A stretch of 64,000 nt of DNA, from assembly GCF_018977255.1 (NCBI RefSeq), contig NW_024704743.1:106642001-106706000 (forward strand), written 5' to 3'. Origin of the DNA: Callorhinchus milii. Its lineage: Eukaryota. The notes below the pieces were generated by a model. It had not been told where the DNA came from, searched no databases, and saw only the letters and a program-made list of their open reading frames with translations. How positions within the stretch are numbered: position 1 is the stretch's first letter; every line of letters starts with the position of its first letter. The translations under genes were made by a program, and so were the position numbers. This document shows positions 62,966 through 64,000 of this stretch, in pieces.

Positions 62966-63574
62966 ACTTGAAATACTGAATCTGTTTGCAGACAAATAGT
63001 AATCATTTATCATTTTGTTTCACTCCGAGTATAAATGGCCCAGATAGAATGGGAATATGGGTGGATCAGGAATTAATCCTTCAGATGTTAGCTATCTGTG
63101 TCTTTCAGCTTGAGTTATCATCTTCTTGTGCCTGAAAACAATTTTCTGGCAAAGTGAAGCATGATTATATTCTTGTGACAGCCACACTAAATGAAATTCT
63201 CATTCTTTCACCTCTGACTGGTGAAAATAATGACCTTCTTCACTAGATTTCCTGCTGAGAAAAGGGAAATGTAATAGACTATTGCTTTCATGGCTCTAGG
63301 ATTCTGTGTAACATTTCCAGACTGCCCTTTGATATTCAGTCTTATGGATTAAAAGGGCCTATAAATAATCACTCACAAAATATTATTAGCCAGTGCTTAT
63401 AATGTAAAGTTTCTAAAATAACTTCTATTTTTGAAATTGACATTTTTTGAAATTCAGGAGATATTGAAAATGATGATATTTTCGAGCCTGATTTTCTCTC
63501 TTTTAATAATTGAGCCGTGTTTCATTATCTTTTTTAATAATTGCAAAACAGCTTCATTCTATGTACAATAATTG

Positions 63575-64000
63575 TAATCCTTGCATTTGATATAGTGCTT
63601 TTCATGTCTTCCAGACGTCTCAAAGCGCTTCACAGAATATACTGCAAAGTGAATTGGCTGTATATTTTGTGGGCGAAACACGGCAGCCAATTGCACACAG
63701 CAGTGTCCCACACACAGTTGTGGATTGAGTGACCAAATTATTATTGTTTTTTTCTTGCGGGATTATTATCAGGTGTGTGGAATAAGACCATAAGACCATA
63801 AAATCATAAGGTGTAGGAGCAGGTGTAGGCCATTCGGCCCCTTGAGCCTGCCCCACCATTTAATAAGATCGTGGCTGATCTTCTAACCTCATTCCATTTA
63901 CCTGCCCTATCCCCATATCCCTTAATCCCTCTATCCTTTAGAGTAAGGAAACTTGCCCAAGGTTTCACCCTGCCGGGAATTGAACCTAGGTCTCTCGCTT
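63575..64000 (-). mobile_element. tRNA-headed SINE split by a CR1 fragment; runs off the window end
   Basis: Tail and body at 63575-63786, resumes GAGTAAGGAAACTTGCCCAAGG at 63941. Confidence 0.92.
63787..63940 (-). mobile_element. Short CR1/HER1 3' end insertion
   Basis: (CATAAGAC)n tail, GTAGGCCATTCGGCCCCTTGAGCCTGCCCC; homologous to 2720-2865; TSD GAATAAG / GAGTAAG. Confidence 0.92.

Noticed and set aside
63484..63543. Short imperfect tandem duplication (GAGCC...TTTTAATAATTG)
   Set aside because: Two diverged ~30-bp units in AT-rich DNA; ordinary slippage.

Overview
Repeat-rich, apparently non-coding vertebrate DNA (gene desert or large intron). The repeat content (CR1/HER1-type LINEs, L2 LINEs with (TTG)n tails, Deu-domain SINEs, a young tRNA-Ala-headed SINE) points to a cartilaginous fish, possibly a holocephalan; this is inference. 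I could not support any host protein-coding exon; every ORF I could assign belongs to a LINE, a SINE or the LTR element. The main hidden structure is a heavily decayed ~4.8 kb LTR retroelement at 52424-57213, inserted into an old Deu-SINE. It keeps a 57-bp 5' LTR stub, RNase H and integrase (GPY/F) remnants, an env-like remnant (signal peptide, basic cleavage motif, TM and tail), a polypurine tract and a 722-bp 3' LTR, so it is a candidate env-bearing, possibly lokiretrovirus-like, endogenous element. Other notable features: many nested insertions with recoverable target-site duplications; an L2 with an inverted self-copy at its 5' junction; a SINE with a triplicated A-box head; a SINE/L2 shared 3' stem-loop with a compensatory change; a 129-bp near-perfect palindrome; an unclassified ~380-bp dispersed repeat; and several repeat-free, motif-dense blocks that may be conserved enhancers. 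All family names come from recognition of the sequence, not from database searches.
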